NCBI GenBank assembly: GCA_038087875.1
Contig: CM075977.1
Location: 310,434,001-310,498,000 of the forward strand
Length of the DNA: 64,000 nt
From: Malacoraja senta
Taxonomy: Eukaryota
Direction of reading: 5' to 3'
The translations under genes and the position numbers were made by a program. Every line of letters starts with the position of its first letter. Within the stretch, counting starts at the first letter, position 1. Shown here piece by piece: positions 1 to 12,848 of the stretch. The notes below the pieces were generated by a model, which had not been told where the DNA came from, did not search any database, and worked only from the letters and a program-made list of their open reading frames with translations.

Positions 1-1075
1 CATGGGGAGATACAATTGGCATGTAAGAAAGGCAATGCTACAGTGGGCATGGGAGATTTCAAAATGCATGTAGACTGGGAGAATAAGGTTGCTACTGTAC
101 CCCAAGAAAGGGAATTTGTAGAGTGCCTCTGAGATGGATTCTTAGAGCAGCTTGTAGTGGAGCCTATCAGAGAAAAGGCAATTCTGGATTTAGTGTTGTC
201 TAATGAACCAGATTTGATAAAGGAACTCAAGGTAAAGAAACCACTAGGAGGTAGCGACCACAACATGATAGGTTTTAATTTGCAATTTGAGAGGAAGAAG
301 GTGAAATCGGATGTGTCAGTATTGCAGTTGAACAAAGGGGACTACAGAGGCATGAGGGAGAGCTGGCCAAAGTTGACTGGAAAGGGACCCTAGCAGGGAT
401 GATGGTGGAACAGTAATGGCAGGAATTTCTGTGAACAATTTGGAAGATGCAGGATCTATTCATTCCATAGAGGAAGAAAGATTCTAGGGGGAGAAAGAGG
501 CGACTGTGGCTGACAAGAAAAGTCAAGGACAGTATATTGGGCCGCTCCCTCTTCATGTTGTATATATCTGAGGAAGGATGTGATGACTGGAGAGGGTCCA
601 GAGGAGGTTTACAAGAATGATCCCAGGAATGAGTAGGTTAACATATGATGAGTGTTTGATGGCACTGGGCCTGTACTCGCTGGAGTTCAGAAGAATGAGG
701 GGGACCTCATTGAAACATTCAGAATAGTGAAAGGCTTGGATAGATTGGATGTGGAGAGGATGTTTCCACTAGTGGGAGAGTCTAGGACAAGATGTCATAG
801 CCTTAGAATTAAAGGACGTTCTTTTAGGAAGGCGATGAGGTGGAATTTGTTTAGAGGGTGGTGAATCTGTGGAATTCTTTGCCACAGATGGCAGTGGAGG
901 CAAAGTCAGTGGATATGTTTAAGGTAGAGATAGATTATTGATTAGTATGGTTGCCAGAGGTTATGGGAGAAGGCAGGAGAATAGGGTTAGGAGGGAGAGA
1001 TAGATCAGCCTTGATTGAATGGCGGAGTAGACGATGGGCAAAATGGCCTAATTCTGCTCCTATCACATGATCATA
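1..1075 (+). mobile_element. CR1 LINE fragment, internally deleted (endonuclease/tether region joined to the RT 3' end)
   Basis: ORF 157-393 has ILDLVLSN...LGGSDHNMI (APE endonuclease C-terminus). 570-1075 reads as the CR1 ORF2 end (ETFRIVKGLDRLDVERMFPLVGESRTR) plus 3'UTR. Confidence 0.9.
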
Positions 1076-1777
1076 TGGCCCATAAATTTGATGAATGGCA
1101 GAGCAGTCTGGAAGCTGGCTTTCTCATGCTCTCATTTCTTGTGTGTTTATATTGTAATTGCATCATTAAGGGGGATCCATCTCTTTAAGGGTTCAATACT
1201 AATCCACATATATCTGTTTACCATAATATATTTTCCATTCAGTTTTGCTCTGGGAATCCACTCACGTTCCCCCATAGAACCTCATCTATGTAGAAAAGGA
1301 ATCTTTAACTTTAGCAATTTATTTATACAGTTTGTTAGTTCATTCCTTGAGATTGGCAACAGACAGACAGCTGAAAGGTGTACTGAGTAATATGACTGAA
1401 AGTTAATCTCACTGCTCTGCTATGTGTCTGTGCTCTGCCATTCATATGTTACTTGCTAAAAATACTGTAGGTCCCCAGTAAAACATTTGACAGCCGGATC
1501 TCAACTTCCTTTCACAGAGGCTAAAATTAATGGTCATGAATGAAGCTGTTGGCTAAAACAGCTGTTTTACATCCACCATTTTAAGGAAATTGAGATAAAC
1601 ATGGATTCAAGTGGCTTTTAAAGATCGTGTGCCAAATTTGCTGATTTGAAACAAAACTGGTTAGCATGTGGATGTCAGTTTTTTCCATGACAGTGGGTGG
1701 ATGAATTATCTGTCAATTCCAGCTGCTCAGAAGTTCTCTGGCACACATTTGGTTTTAATATTTTTTAATATTGTTTT

Positions 1778-2088
1778 AGAGATACAGCACTGAAACAGGC
1801 CCTTCGGCCCACCGATTCTACACTAACCAGCAATTCCCGCACATTAACACAAGCCTACACACACTAGGGACCATTTACATTTATAACAAGTATGCAAACC
1901 CCAAGCCAATTAACCTACAAACCTGTACATCTTGGGAGTGTGGGAAGAAACCAAGAAAACCCACGAGGTCACGGGGTGAACGTACAAACTCCATACGGAC
2001 AGCACCCATAGTCGGGATCAAACCGAGTCTCTGGCGCTGCAAGCGCTGTAAAAGGCAGCAACTCTACCGCTGCGCCACCGTGCCACCC
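1778..2088 (-). mobile_element. tRNA-derived SINE, HE1/V-SINE-like
   Basis: Minus strand begins GGTGGCACGGTGGCGCAGCGGTAGAG (A box), then a B-box-like segment, the V-domain TTCTTCCCACACTCCCAAGA, and a CR1-like tail GGGCCGAAGGGCCTGTTTC. Confidence 0.85.
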
Positions 2089-2977
2089 ACGTTTGGTACC
2101 ATGGATAAATGGGAATCTTTGAAATGTGGGTTTTTTCCCACATTACTGACTCTTTTTCGGAAAGCTATGTCAATGTTCTTCCATGTGAATTCATAAATAG
2201 ATTGTTTTTTAGATAAAACTGAATTCCTCCCAAAGTACTCAGCCATGCCTAAACATAAAAACAGATGTGCAGCTAAACAGAGTGTTAGTCACAACAGTCT
2301 TATATTGTACAATATATTAAAAAAACACCTGAGCCATAAATCAAAAAATTAAATAACTCTTTAATACAGTGTGCTGGAATTTGAAGGAGGGAGGAAGTAG
2401 AAGTGTTTGAAAAAGGAAATTTAGCATTAGAAAGCTGTGGCCATGCTGCCAGAATATGGTGACAGGATTAGAGGAATCATGAGCAAACTGACACAGAACA
2501 GATATGTCAAAAAGGGACGATTGAACTAAAGGAGTTTATCGAGATAGGAAGAAGTGAGCTATGGAGTGAGTTCATACCAAAATGTAAAATTGAGAGCTGA
2601 GACCAGTGAGCTATGATAGAGATAAGTGCAGAGCATGAAAAAGGCTTGAACATTTACATCTTGGAAGGTAACAGGATATTTTAATAAGATTGCTACAAAA
2701 GGTATTTTGGATCTTTAAAAAAAAAAAGAGGCACAGACTACAAAAGCAAAGAACTTTTGGGCATCAATTATAAAAGCTTTGGTTAGAATATCATGTTCTC
2801 ATTTTGAGAAGGATATCAAGAAAAGGTACAGAGGAGATTTAATGCAATGGCACTAAGGATAAGTTCAGTGAAGAAACCTCAGCAGCTAGGACATTCTCCC
2901 TCAAGTTGGAAGGTTAAGGAGCAACTCAATGAAACTGTTCAAAATGAGGAGTAGCTGTAGAGCAAATAGTAAAAAGC

Positions 2978-3390
2978 TAGACACAAAATGTTGGAGTAAC
3001 TCAATGGGACAGGCAGCATCTCTGGAGAAAAGGAATGGATGACGCTTCGAGTTGAGACCCTTATTGAGACTGATGTCAGGGGAGAGGGAGATACATAAAT
3101 AAGGAAGTGTAAGGTGTGAAAACAGAACAGGGAATGGAGATCAAGGAAAATGTAGAATAGATCATTATTAGCTGGGTAACAACAAAGAAAACAGAAATAA
3201 AATGTAGTCGGATACAGTAAGACTGGTTGGAGAACCGGGAAGGGGAGGGATGGAGGGACAGGGAAAGTAAGGGTTACTTGAAGTTAGAGAAGTCAATGTT
3301 CATACTGCTGGGGTGTAAGCTACCCAAACAAAATATGAGGAGATGTTCCTCCAATTTGTGCTGGGCCTCACTCTGACAATGGAGGAATTC
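2978..3390 (-). mobile_element. Penelope-like element 3' fragment (GIY-YIG C-terminus plus 3' repeat with degenerate hammerhead)
   Basis: Minus 3387-3275 translates LLHCQSEAQHKLEEHLLIFCLGSLHPSSMNIDFSNFK*, resembling the end of PLE GIY-YIG endonucleases. Downstream lies the same 3' unit found at 43278 and 57075. Confidence 0.75.
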
Positions 3391-3547
3391 TGAGAATCAT
3401 TATCCTCGATGAGCAAAAAGGTCAACATACTTCATTTTAAAATGACCATCCCCTTACCTTGAGACTATATTCCTCATTTCAGGCTTGCCCCTATTCAAAG
3501 TAAGGATTAATAGAAACCGGAGCTGCAACATCACAAGGGTGGTAGGT

Positions 3548-5801
3548 TTTGTGTTCGTTTTCTAGATCTGCACAAAACTTGAGAGTCTTCAATTTACAAC
3601 AGAAGTCTTTAATGCTTCACTCAATGCTGGCAGCAAGACAACTCAAAATGGCTGCACCCTCACACACTACAGACAGGATAAAACTATATACAAAATATCT
3701 CCCTTTGTCCTGTGCAGTGCCACCTGCTGCACGGGAGGAGCACAGGTCCTCCCACCCCACACAGTAACCAAACATCACACTTTCCAGTTTGAACGTCTCC
3801 TTTTAGCTGGACCTCGCTTCACTCTTTTTTCCAGCCTTTTTTGCGTTTCACAACTCTTGCTAAAGGCTCAGAATCAACAGAGTTTTCCTCAGTGTTCTCT
3901 TTTGAAGAGATATCAGTATTTGCTTTATCTGTATGCTGCTCCTTCTCCACTTGGCTGTAGTTTTTCTCGGCGGTCGTCAGTGTTTTGGATGCAAACGCGA
4001 TTGGCTTTTCCTTGCCGTTCGGCGCCATTTGTGAGATTACAGCTCTATGACCATATGGCGATGCTTCGCCGGCCAGCGAGATCGGCTTCGATGGGTCATA
4101 ATGGACCAAATGCATCTTCTGGGCAAGCATCTCCTTCAACCTGGTGAATGTATGGTCACACTCTTTGGACCAGTGCCATTCGACGTCCTGTTTTCGCAGG
4201 TTGTTCACGCACTTGCTGACCATGTTGCAATCCGTGGTAGATGACAATGCCATAGTTGCTCCATCATAGATCAAGGCGTTCATGTCAAGCTTGAAAGCAT
4301 GGATCCAGTCGATGGCGCACAGGGATGTACCTTCTTTACCAGCGACGATCAGCGGCAACATCTGTGTCAGACCATTACAGAAAATGGCGACAGTGCATTT
4401 GCCTTTCATGCGAATGGGCTGTCGTCCATATCCGAAAAGGCGGATGTTGGCCGGTTTCAGTTTCGGCGATCTGATCCTCTCCCAGGTGTCCTGACCCACT
4501 AGCGACACAGCCGAACCAGTGTCCACCTGGCAATGTAGATCGATGTTCGAGACCCGCAGCGATATCCTCATCTTGTCGGTGGTCATAGACACACCGAGCA
4601 CTTCAATAGAAATGGTCTCCGCGATTTGGTCGACTGTGTTTTACGCTTTCTTGCCCATTCTCCGCTTTCCTACGGATTGACAAACTGCCTGGCGATGACC
4701 TTTTTGGTAAAAGGCATAACAAACGGACTATATATATGGGCACTCACGGTGATGATGAGCAGTCAAGCCGCACCGGTAGCAGGGTTTCGATCCTCCCCCC
4801 ACAGGGGAACGGCTCTTCTGCAACTGTCCCACCTTAACCAGATTTGCTCTGGATCGATCAACTGGTTTCTGGCGTTGCGGACGAGTCTGACGAACTGTAT
4901 GCACCTCCTGAGGGAGCTTCGATGCTGTTTCGCTGGCCATTTTGTGCTGTTCTTTACTCAGCAGCCCGGCCATCTTAGCACACTACAGCACATTCTTCAA
5001 TGAGGCATCCGATTCCTTGAGAATCGCCTGCTGGATGAATGCGTGCCTGCAGCCCATGACCAGTCTATCCTGCAACGCATTGTCTTGGCACATTTCGCAG
5101 CATTGAGTTTTTAAATCACATGCCTTTGCCTTGGTGCGAAGTTCGGCAAGAAATTCGGTAATCGATTGCCCTTCCTGTTGCACCGTCCTGTAGAAATCAA
5201 GGCGAGCTGCGAGGAACTTTCGACTTTCTTCGAAATGCAGCTGCAAAGCCGTTGTGATTTCAGCATATGAGGCTTCTTCTGTAAGTAAATTTTGAACCTG
5301 TGCAAAAGTTTCTGGAGACATTGATGAACAAGAGAGCCTTCTCCTTTGGTCAGTCGTAATTGCCATACTTTCAAAATAAAACTAAGCTCACATTAAATAC
5401 GATGACCACCTTTCTCGCTTAGGATCAAAACGATCGAATTGCCGAGACATGTTAGTTTGAGTACACTACAGAACTCAAAATATATATATATTTTTTTTAA
5501 ATTGAAAAAAAGGCTCTTATCTGGGTCTTTGGACGCAATCCGAAGTATCCCACTTCTGACACCACTTTCATGTTCATTTTCGAGGTCTGCACAACCCTTG
5601 TGAGTCTTTAATTTACAACAGAAGTCTTTAATGCTTTACTCAATGCTGGCAGCAAGACAAGTCAAAAATGGCTGCACCTTCACACACTACAGGAAAAACA
5701 GGATAAACTATATACAAAAACATCTCCCTTTGTCATGTGCAGCGCCACCTGCTGCACGGGAGGAGCAACGGGTCCTCCCACCCCACACAGTCCACCACAC
5801 A
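3548..5801 (-). mobile_element. Ty3/Gypsy LTR retrotransposon, internally deleted
   Basis: Direct LTRs at ~3548-3774 and ~5566-5801. PBS TGGTGTCAGAAGTGGGAT (5564-5547) matches a tRNA-Leu 3' end. gag has CYRCGLTAHHHREC, protease VDTGS, RNase H EASPYG...PIAFASKTLT..EKNYSQVEKE. Confidence 0.92.
3819..5460 (-). pseudogene. Gypsy gag-pro-(partial RNase H); most of RT and all of integrase missing
   Basis: Broken ORFs 4983-5366, 4728-4973 and 3819-4601 carry the gag, CCHC, DTG and RNase H motifs. No YxDD motif is present. Confidence 0.85.
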
Positions 5802-5804
5802 TTA

Positions 5805-6020
5805 GTAGGTATATGAAACAAGCTGCCAGAGGGGGTAGTTGAGGCAGATACTATTATAACATTTAAAAAAACATTTGGACGGGTACATGGATAGTATAGG
5901 TTTAGAGGGATATGGGCCAAACGTGGACAGGTTGAACTAGTGCATATGGGGTACTTTATGTTGGTCGGCGTGGGCAAGTTGGGCCGAAGGGCCTGTTTCT
6001 ATGGTGTGTGACTCTATTCT
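5805..6020 (+). mobile_element. CR1 3' fragment
   Basis: NKLPEGVVEADTIITFKK-like reading followed by the CR1 3'UTR GGGCCGAAGGGCCTGTTTC. Confidence 0.8.
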
Positions 6021-7887
6021 GGCTGAGGCCACCCAACACAGTGTAATTGTAACCCAACTTTCCTATTTGTAAACTTCAATCCTTTTGCAATCAAGTCAAT
6101 TGACCCTCTTAATTGTTTGCAGTATTTCAGAACAACAGACAGCCAACCATGTCATCTCTGGGGTGCCCGCTCTACCACCCACCAAATGGAGCTCAGGGCC
6201 TGGCAGACATTGATGCAGAGACAACAACCTGGCTGCTCAACACCCGGCTTGAGATCTAACTATTCCTTTGGTTTATGTTTCATTCGCAAGAAGAAGAAGT
6301 ATTTGCCTAACATTTTCTGATTTATGCACAAGAACACCTAGATTTCTCCGTACAACATTTGTGATATCTTTCTATTGAACTAATAATCTGCCTTTTGATT
6401 CTTCTTGATGAATTGCATGACCTCCTAGATTTCTCCAATTGCCACATTTTCACCCTTTCTAAACATCTTGTATATCTCATTGCAGAGTCTAAATACCACA
6501 AAAACTTGCCCTTCCACCTATATTTGTGGCATAATTACTGGCAGAAAGTCCAAAGCTACAGTGATGGGGTTCCACATGTCAGATCTCCAAGAATGGCAAA
6601 AGCATACATTTCCTTGACAGTCAGTGTTTTATTTTGCTCACCACTTCCACTTACCCATAGAGTATAGAGAGGAGCATATATTAATTTCCCATGGTCACTC
6701 CACATAAATATTGTGCTCAGTCCCATCTATTCCACAGATATATAGGTTAAAGTTTAATTTATAGCAGTGTGCAGATAACTGTGTGAAAGACAATTGGCGG
6801 ACAATTAAATAGAGTAACTTTGCTTTATTGGTTCAGGGCAAACCAGTGACCGGTTCTGGATTAAAACACTTAAATATCAATCAAAGCTTTAATCAATTGT
6901 TCAGTTGCAATAAAAAATTACATTGAAAAACCTATTCAAAATACATTGCACTGTTCTGTAAAAGGTTTGGACTAACTCAACTGAGAACAATATACATATT
7001 TGTAGGCATCTAATAACAATAAGGATATTGTGGTTTTTGAGCACACAAATTTTTTCCAGTATTGCCGCCCATGACACGAGATCATAGTACAAAACCCAGT
7101 GTTCCCCTCACTAAGTTAATTATGTCCTTCACAACTATTCCCATAGATAGTTAAAACCATGCTCTTCAGGCATCAGAAGTTTTAGTTTAGTTGAACGTTT
7201 CCCACTGACTGATTATCAAGAATATGGACTTTGAACAAATTCCATCCTTCTAATGCAGGGATTCCGTGTGGGTTATGCTGGCAATCAAGCCATTTGTACG
7301 TATCTGTATATTGTTGAAAATAAAATCAAAATACTAAGCGGGCACTGAATGATCAATGGATTAGGAAATGATTAGACAAAGGAAAGTATTAACGTCAAAG
7401 CACACAACTGAATGAACCCTAAGGTAGTTAGGAAAAGGCAAAAACAAACTCAGTCAGGAAGTGTGGAGTGTGTCAGGAGATGCCGCAGCCAAGTTCCTTC
7501 AGGATTAGCTGTAGTTTCCTCGCTAATTCTTCTGAGTGGCAGTAGGAATAATCCAAGTGTACAACATGAAATCTGCAAACAATTAACTGCGGGCTAGTCT
7601 AAGGGGTGACCTCTACTTCCTGGGTTCAATTTATTGTGATACCTTGTTGATACAGACAGGCTGTCATTCCAAAGTTAGAAATAATGCTGCCATTCTGTTT
7701 CTCAAACCTGAATACTATAAAGAAGCTTTGCACCTGGTATCTCTGAGGGAGTTTTCCAATCTCCTGCTGTAACTTTGCTGGAACATCACTGTGAACATTA
7801 ATTATGCTGGATAATGCTTAATATATTTTTTCTTTACCTTCTGCACTTCTATCTCTTCTCTCTCCTATCTGTGTTCATTTTATTCTC

Positions 7888-8062
7888 ATTGTTGAGGTGG
7901 ATACTGTCACAAAGTTTAAAAACATTTAGACAGGCACCTGGATAGAATAGGTTTAGAGGTATATGGGCCAAACGCAGGCAGGTGGGACTAGTGTAAATGG
8001 GGCAGGTTGGTTGGCATGGGCAAAAGGGCCTGTTTCCATGTTGTATGACTCTAGGGTTCAAC
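7888..8062 (+). mobile_element. CR1 3' fragment
   Basis: Same CR1 3' end motifs as 5805-6020. Confidence 0.75.
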
Positions 8063-8397
8063 TCTAAGAATATCAGTCACCCACATCTACAATGTCATGT
8101 ATCCTGTGCGATATGTTTGCCTTCATTCTAATGTAAAAGGGCTTTCTTGAAATATTTTTAAAAATGACACAGGATGTGTTGTTCTTGGGATGTATGAGCA
8201 GTTTTAGAAAGATATGTTAAATAGAATGGGTCTAAATTTTCTCTACTTCAGATGAGTAGTAGAAATGAATCAAAACACTGACAGGATGATCTAGACCTGT
8301 CAGGGTGTAGGACCAGGAAAAGGGGTCAGCTTCTTCTGAACAAGATGAAGGGAAAATTCTGACGGGTTACAGAATCCACTGAAGGTCCCATTCCTTA

Positions 8398-8705
8398 TTA
8401 GACTTTAGACTTTAGAGATACAATGTTGAAACAGGCCCTTCGACCCACCATGTTCGCGCTGATCAGCAATTAACCTATACACTAGCACTATCCTGCACAT
8501 GGGGGACAATTTACAATTTTACCAAAGCCAATTAACCTACAAACTGGTATGTTTTTAGAGTGTGGGATGTCACCATAGCACCTGGAGAAAGCCGACACCG
8601 TCACTGGGACAAAGTACAAACTCCGTACAGACAGCTCCCGTAGTCAGGATTGAACTGGGTCTCTGGCGCTCTAAGGCAGCAACTCTATCGCTGCGCCACT
8701 ATGTG
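8398..8705 (-). mobile_element. HE1/V-SINE-like SINE
   Basis: Colinear with 1778-2088; (TCTAAAG)n tail. Confidence 0.85.
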
Positions 8706-8959
8706 TCCAATGTTCATACAATAANNNNNNNNNNNNNNNNNNNNNNNNNNNNNNNNNNNNNNNNNNNNNNNNNNNNNNNNNNNNNNNNNNNNNNNNNNNN
8801 NNNNNNNNNNNNNNNNNNNNNNNNNNNNNNNNNNNNNNNNNNNNNNNNNNNNNNNNNNNNNNNNNNNNNNNNNNNNNNNNNNNNNNNNNNNNNNNNNNNN
8901 NNNNNNNNNNNNNNNNNNNNNNNNTAATATACTATTTACTATCCTAGGATCAACACTAA

Positions 8960-10720
8960 TCAACCCTCTCCGTATTCACACAATGTTCTTCAATGTATAT
9001 CTGATGATGGTTTCTCATATAAATTTCAGCTGGCTTCAGTCCAGATTTCCCTACAGACGTGACTCTTATTTAAAGCAAACCATGAAGAATGTTTCAATCC
9101 AACCAAATTCAGTCTCAGCCTTCAATTTAATATTTTAAGTTTCAGGGTCCGTCTCACCCTTCTCATTCCACAACTTGTGGTCGATAACAAAATTCTATTC
9201 CAATTCCTGTGGAATTCCCAGCTGTTTAATCAATTTAATCAATCAAGTTCCATATGTTGTCAATTTTATGATAAAGCCAATTAAGAATGCCGAATCTAGG
9301 GACAATTTCTTTACACCTTGATAACAGAAGCCGCTTTACAATCAAGGGTTAGACAAATTTAAATCCACCGGTCAAATACATCGACTCTGAGAACAATACT
9401 CTTTCCCTTCTTCCACCTTCTAATGTATTAAGACTTTTCCTCCAGTACCTTTTCTTTAGTATTTTGAATAGGCTCTCAGTCAATAGGGGTTCTCTCTTAT
9501 AACTAGCTTCCTTTTCCAGAAAGAGTTTACTTAAACTCTTTCTGGATGGTTAGTATTGACCTTCCGAGGGGAACTCATTATCTAAATTTCCAGTCTACCT
9601 CATCATTCTATACCACCACCTTACGTTCCCAAGGTATGTCTTAACATCTGATATCCGCTAGGGTCTGTCCCTTTCCTGATAGCAACTAAATTGTCCCGTT
9701 CCATCTTCGATTATCCTCCTATGGGTGAGACAAGAGAAGAATGCCAAGTCAACAATCAATACTCTAATTATTTTAAAACTATATTCCATAAGCCCTTTTT
9801 CAATCAATTTTTTTAAATAATTATATTTAGGTGCAAAATTAGTATTTTGCCCCCGAACCACAGAGGAGTACTTCATTTTCAAATTTAAATTCAATACTTC
9901 AAATCAGAGCTTTCTTTAGAAAATGTTGGATGTTGATCTTTTCTTTTCCCTTCACTGGTGTCAACTATATGTTATACTAAAGTTGAGCACTAGGGTAGGT
10001 ATCTTCTTCTTACTCGATGTTAGTTTCAAAGGAGTAGGGATACTGAGGAGCAGCCTTCTCTATTTGTTGGCCTCTCCCAGATGTATCTGAAATGGACAGG
10101 ACAGTATAATTTCTTCTTTGTTGTTGGTTTTAATCTCTGGGGTGCTACCTGGATGGAGATAATAACTACATATCCTACCTGAGCTGTGTCTTCTGCCCAT
10201 TCTTAAGGGTCAACATAGTCTTTACATCACTCCCCAGATAGTGGCGTTGTAGGTTATACTGTCCTGCAGGCACAACAACTTTGTAACCAGTTAGTACAAT
10301 AGCTCCTTTTCCCTATTCCCATACCACCTGCGCAATAAATGCATTTCTTCTTCCCCTAGTGCAAGTTTAGTTCTCTTTCGTTCTTATTCTTTTTGACACC
10401 AGCTACTGTGTTCCTTTTCTTACTTTCTTTATTGCCCCTTAATTTCTCTTCCATTCTGCTATATTCTGTCTTTTTGCTGGGCACCCCCTACTCCCATGAC
10501 CTGATTGTGTACAGTTGTGACAAGCTCCTTGATTTACAATGTTCTTTGGTCTAAGGGGTTTTCTTGGGCAGTTATAAGATTGTTTACATTTTCTTTTATG
10601 TGATCTTCAGTTTTTACTATGATAGTACATCCAATTATTTTATTCTGGTAAATTACTTGAAGGGGTTCTAGAGTAGCGATCATGTTTCCGCATCCACAAT
10701 TCCTGGACGGGTTGGTAAGT
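8960..10720 (-). pseudogene. pol: ERV pro-pol remnant, heavily eroded
   Basis: Fragments seen across frames: IVDAET*SLL..IKIIG (protease-like), PQYP, IVDLAFFSCLTH, VKTYLGNVRWW (RT-like), VDVFDRWI, EIVPRFGI, YRPQ..RVRRTLK..AET..W..SGLKPAEI (integrase-like). Confidence 0.65.
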
Positions 10721-11321
10721 CAGGACTGAGAGAATGGGTTGGTTTGAGTAAATGGTGTGTGACTTCTTGGTTCCTGACATTCAGGCCAACTCTCTCTCTG
10801 TTCTCTCGGGTCCCAGTATTCTCTTGAATTGAAGGACCTCCTATAATTCCTGGGATCTCGGATATTTCTATATCCTCTGGGATCCCTAATTTCTTCATGA
10901 TCTTGGAAATTCTTTCTTTCACCCCTCTCTCTCACTCACTTCCTTGTCGGACAGGCTCGACTCCAGTGTCCCATCCCCCCACAAGTGTAACATTGATTAG
11001 GTAATGTGGTTGGATTTCTTTTACCCCTTGGTTCCATTGGATGTGTTCTAAATTGGGAGTATAATTGCTCCTTCACCGTTTTCTGGTGTTGTCTCCAGAA
11101 TTCGTGTTAGATCACTTGGCTTTTGAAACGTGTTTGCAAGGGCCGTTAAAACAGCCTCTTCTCTTGCACTATCATCCACTATTATGTTTGCCAAGGCTTC
11201 ATATGTTGGGTGTCCTAGGGCTACTAGAAATGTGTTATCTTCAGCTGGAGTATTTATCTGTTGTATGGTCTCCCATAAATCTCGGGAATCTGCATGATAT
11301 ACACGCATTGTGGTTCTCAAA

Positions 11322-11337
11322 TCTATATACTTTTAAA

Positions 11338-11383
<46 letters not shown>

Positions 11384-12848
11384 GGTAGGTGTATGTCATT
11401 TTGCCTTTGATTTTGCCTTTGATTTTTGCATTTGACGCGAAAACCATTTTACCATTTCGCTAGCGATTTTACTTTTACATTCGCATATCCACTCCTCATT
11501 AAATTTAGTAATTTTTCTGTACACATTTTCAATAAAATCCTTCACAAAACTTACTGGTTTCTTTAACTCAGCAGCTGCTGATGTCACAATGCCCTTGCCC
11601 TCGTGCCACTCCTCCCGCAGCTCCCACACCCGCCCGCCCGCTCACTCCAACCACCCCTTCTCAAAATGCTCTGCAGATCGGGAGGTCACCGGAGATCACA
11701 GCCGGTCACCGGAGGTCACCGGCTTGAACATGGCGGCGGCAGTTATTGTCGCACGGGGCATAAAGGGCCTGTCCCACCAGCATGCGATTGCATGTGTCTA
11801 GCGTGACAAAACGTGGTTGCTTGAGGCGTACGGCTGCGTAGGGCCAGTCCCAATTCAAACCGTGGAGGCGTATGGAGTTGTGCGGGGCTGGTCCCGACAT
11901 CATACTCACCAATCTGCTGGGCAGGAGGTGGGCCGACTGAATTTGGACGTCGCATGGCGTCGGGTGGTGACGTCATCATGCAACAGCACGCCGGGCGGTG
12001 ACGTCATCGCGCAACGCCACACGCTAGGCGTACACCGTCAAGATGCTGCGTGCGACGTCAAGACACTGCGTACGACGTCAAGACGCTGCGTACGCCCGTT
12101 GAGAAGCTGTGTACACCCTCAATGCGCCTGCAGGCCGACAGGCCATTGGCGCGCGGGATTTTCGGACAGTGCAAGATTTTTGGAGGCCCGCGCGATGTCA
12201 GGACCAGCCCCGCACAACTCCATACGCCTCCGCCGATAGAAGTGGGACCGGCCCCGCAAGGCTGTTCACCCCCTCCCTGCCCACCCCCCCTGTTCCCCCC
12301 CTCTCTGTCCCCCCCCCTCTCTGTCCCCCCCCCTTTCTGTCCCCCCTCCCTCTCTACCCTCCCTCTCTCCCCTCCCTCTCTCCCCTCCCTCTCTCCCCTC
12401 CCTCTCCCCCCTCCCTCCGTCTTCCCCTCCCTCCCTCGCCAGCTCCCTCTCCCTCTCCCCCCCTCTCTCTCCCTCCCTCCCTCTCCCCCTCCCTCCCTCT
12501 CCCCCTTCCTCCCTCTCCCCCTCCCTCCCTCTCCCTAACCCCTCCCCCTCCCTATCTCTCCCCCTCCCTCTCTCTCTCCCCCCCTTCTTTCTCTGCCCTC
12601 ACTCTCTACACCCCCCTCCCTCTCTAGACACGCCTGTGGGTTGGGGTCTATGCATCAGTAGATAGGCCGATTATGGGGTAAAAGGAGCAAATTAATAATA
12701 TTAATATATTAACAAGGGGGGTAGTTAGCGTGTGTGCGGGAAGGTTGTTAGTGTGTGTGGGGGGTGGTTAATGTGTGTGACGCTGCATGCCCCCCCCCCT
12801 CAACCGCACATTGGGGGAACAGACCCAACGGGTCTGCATTTGGTCTAG
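11322..12848 (+). mobile_element. Non-autonomous Helitron inserted in ERV gag
   Basis: A|TC 5' end, (TG)n tract, hairpin CAGACCC-AAC-GGGTCTG (12820-12836), CTAG|T 3' end, no TSD. Removing it restores the gag reading frame. Confidence 0.88.
11764..12255. mobile_element. PIF/Harbinger-type MITE nested in the Helitron (right end degenerate)
   Basis: TAA|AGGGCCTGTCCCAC, the same TIR as 36905. Internal inverted repeat at ~11863-11900 / 12195-12232. Confidence 0.65.

Noticed and set aside
2020-2088. tRNA gene-like A/B boxes, also in the other SINE heads
   Set aside because: They are SINE heads continuous with the V-domain and tail, not tRNA genes.
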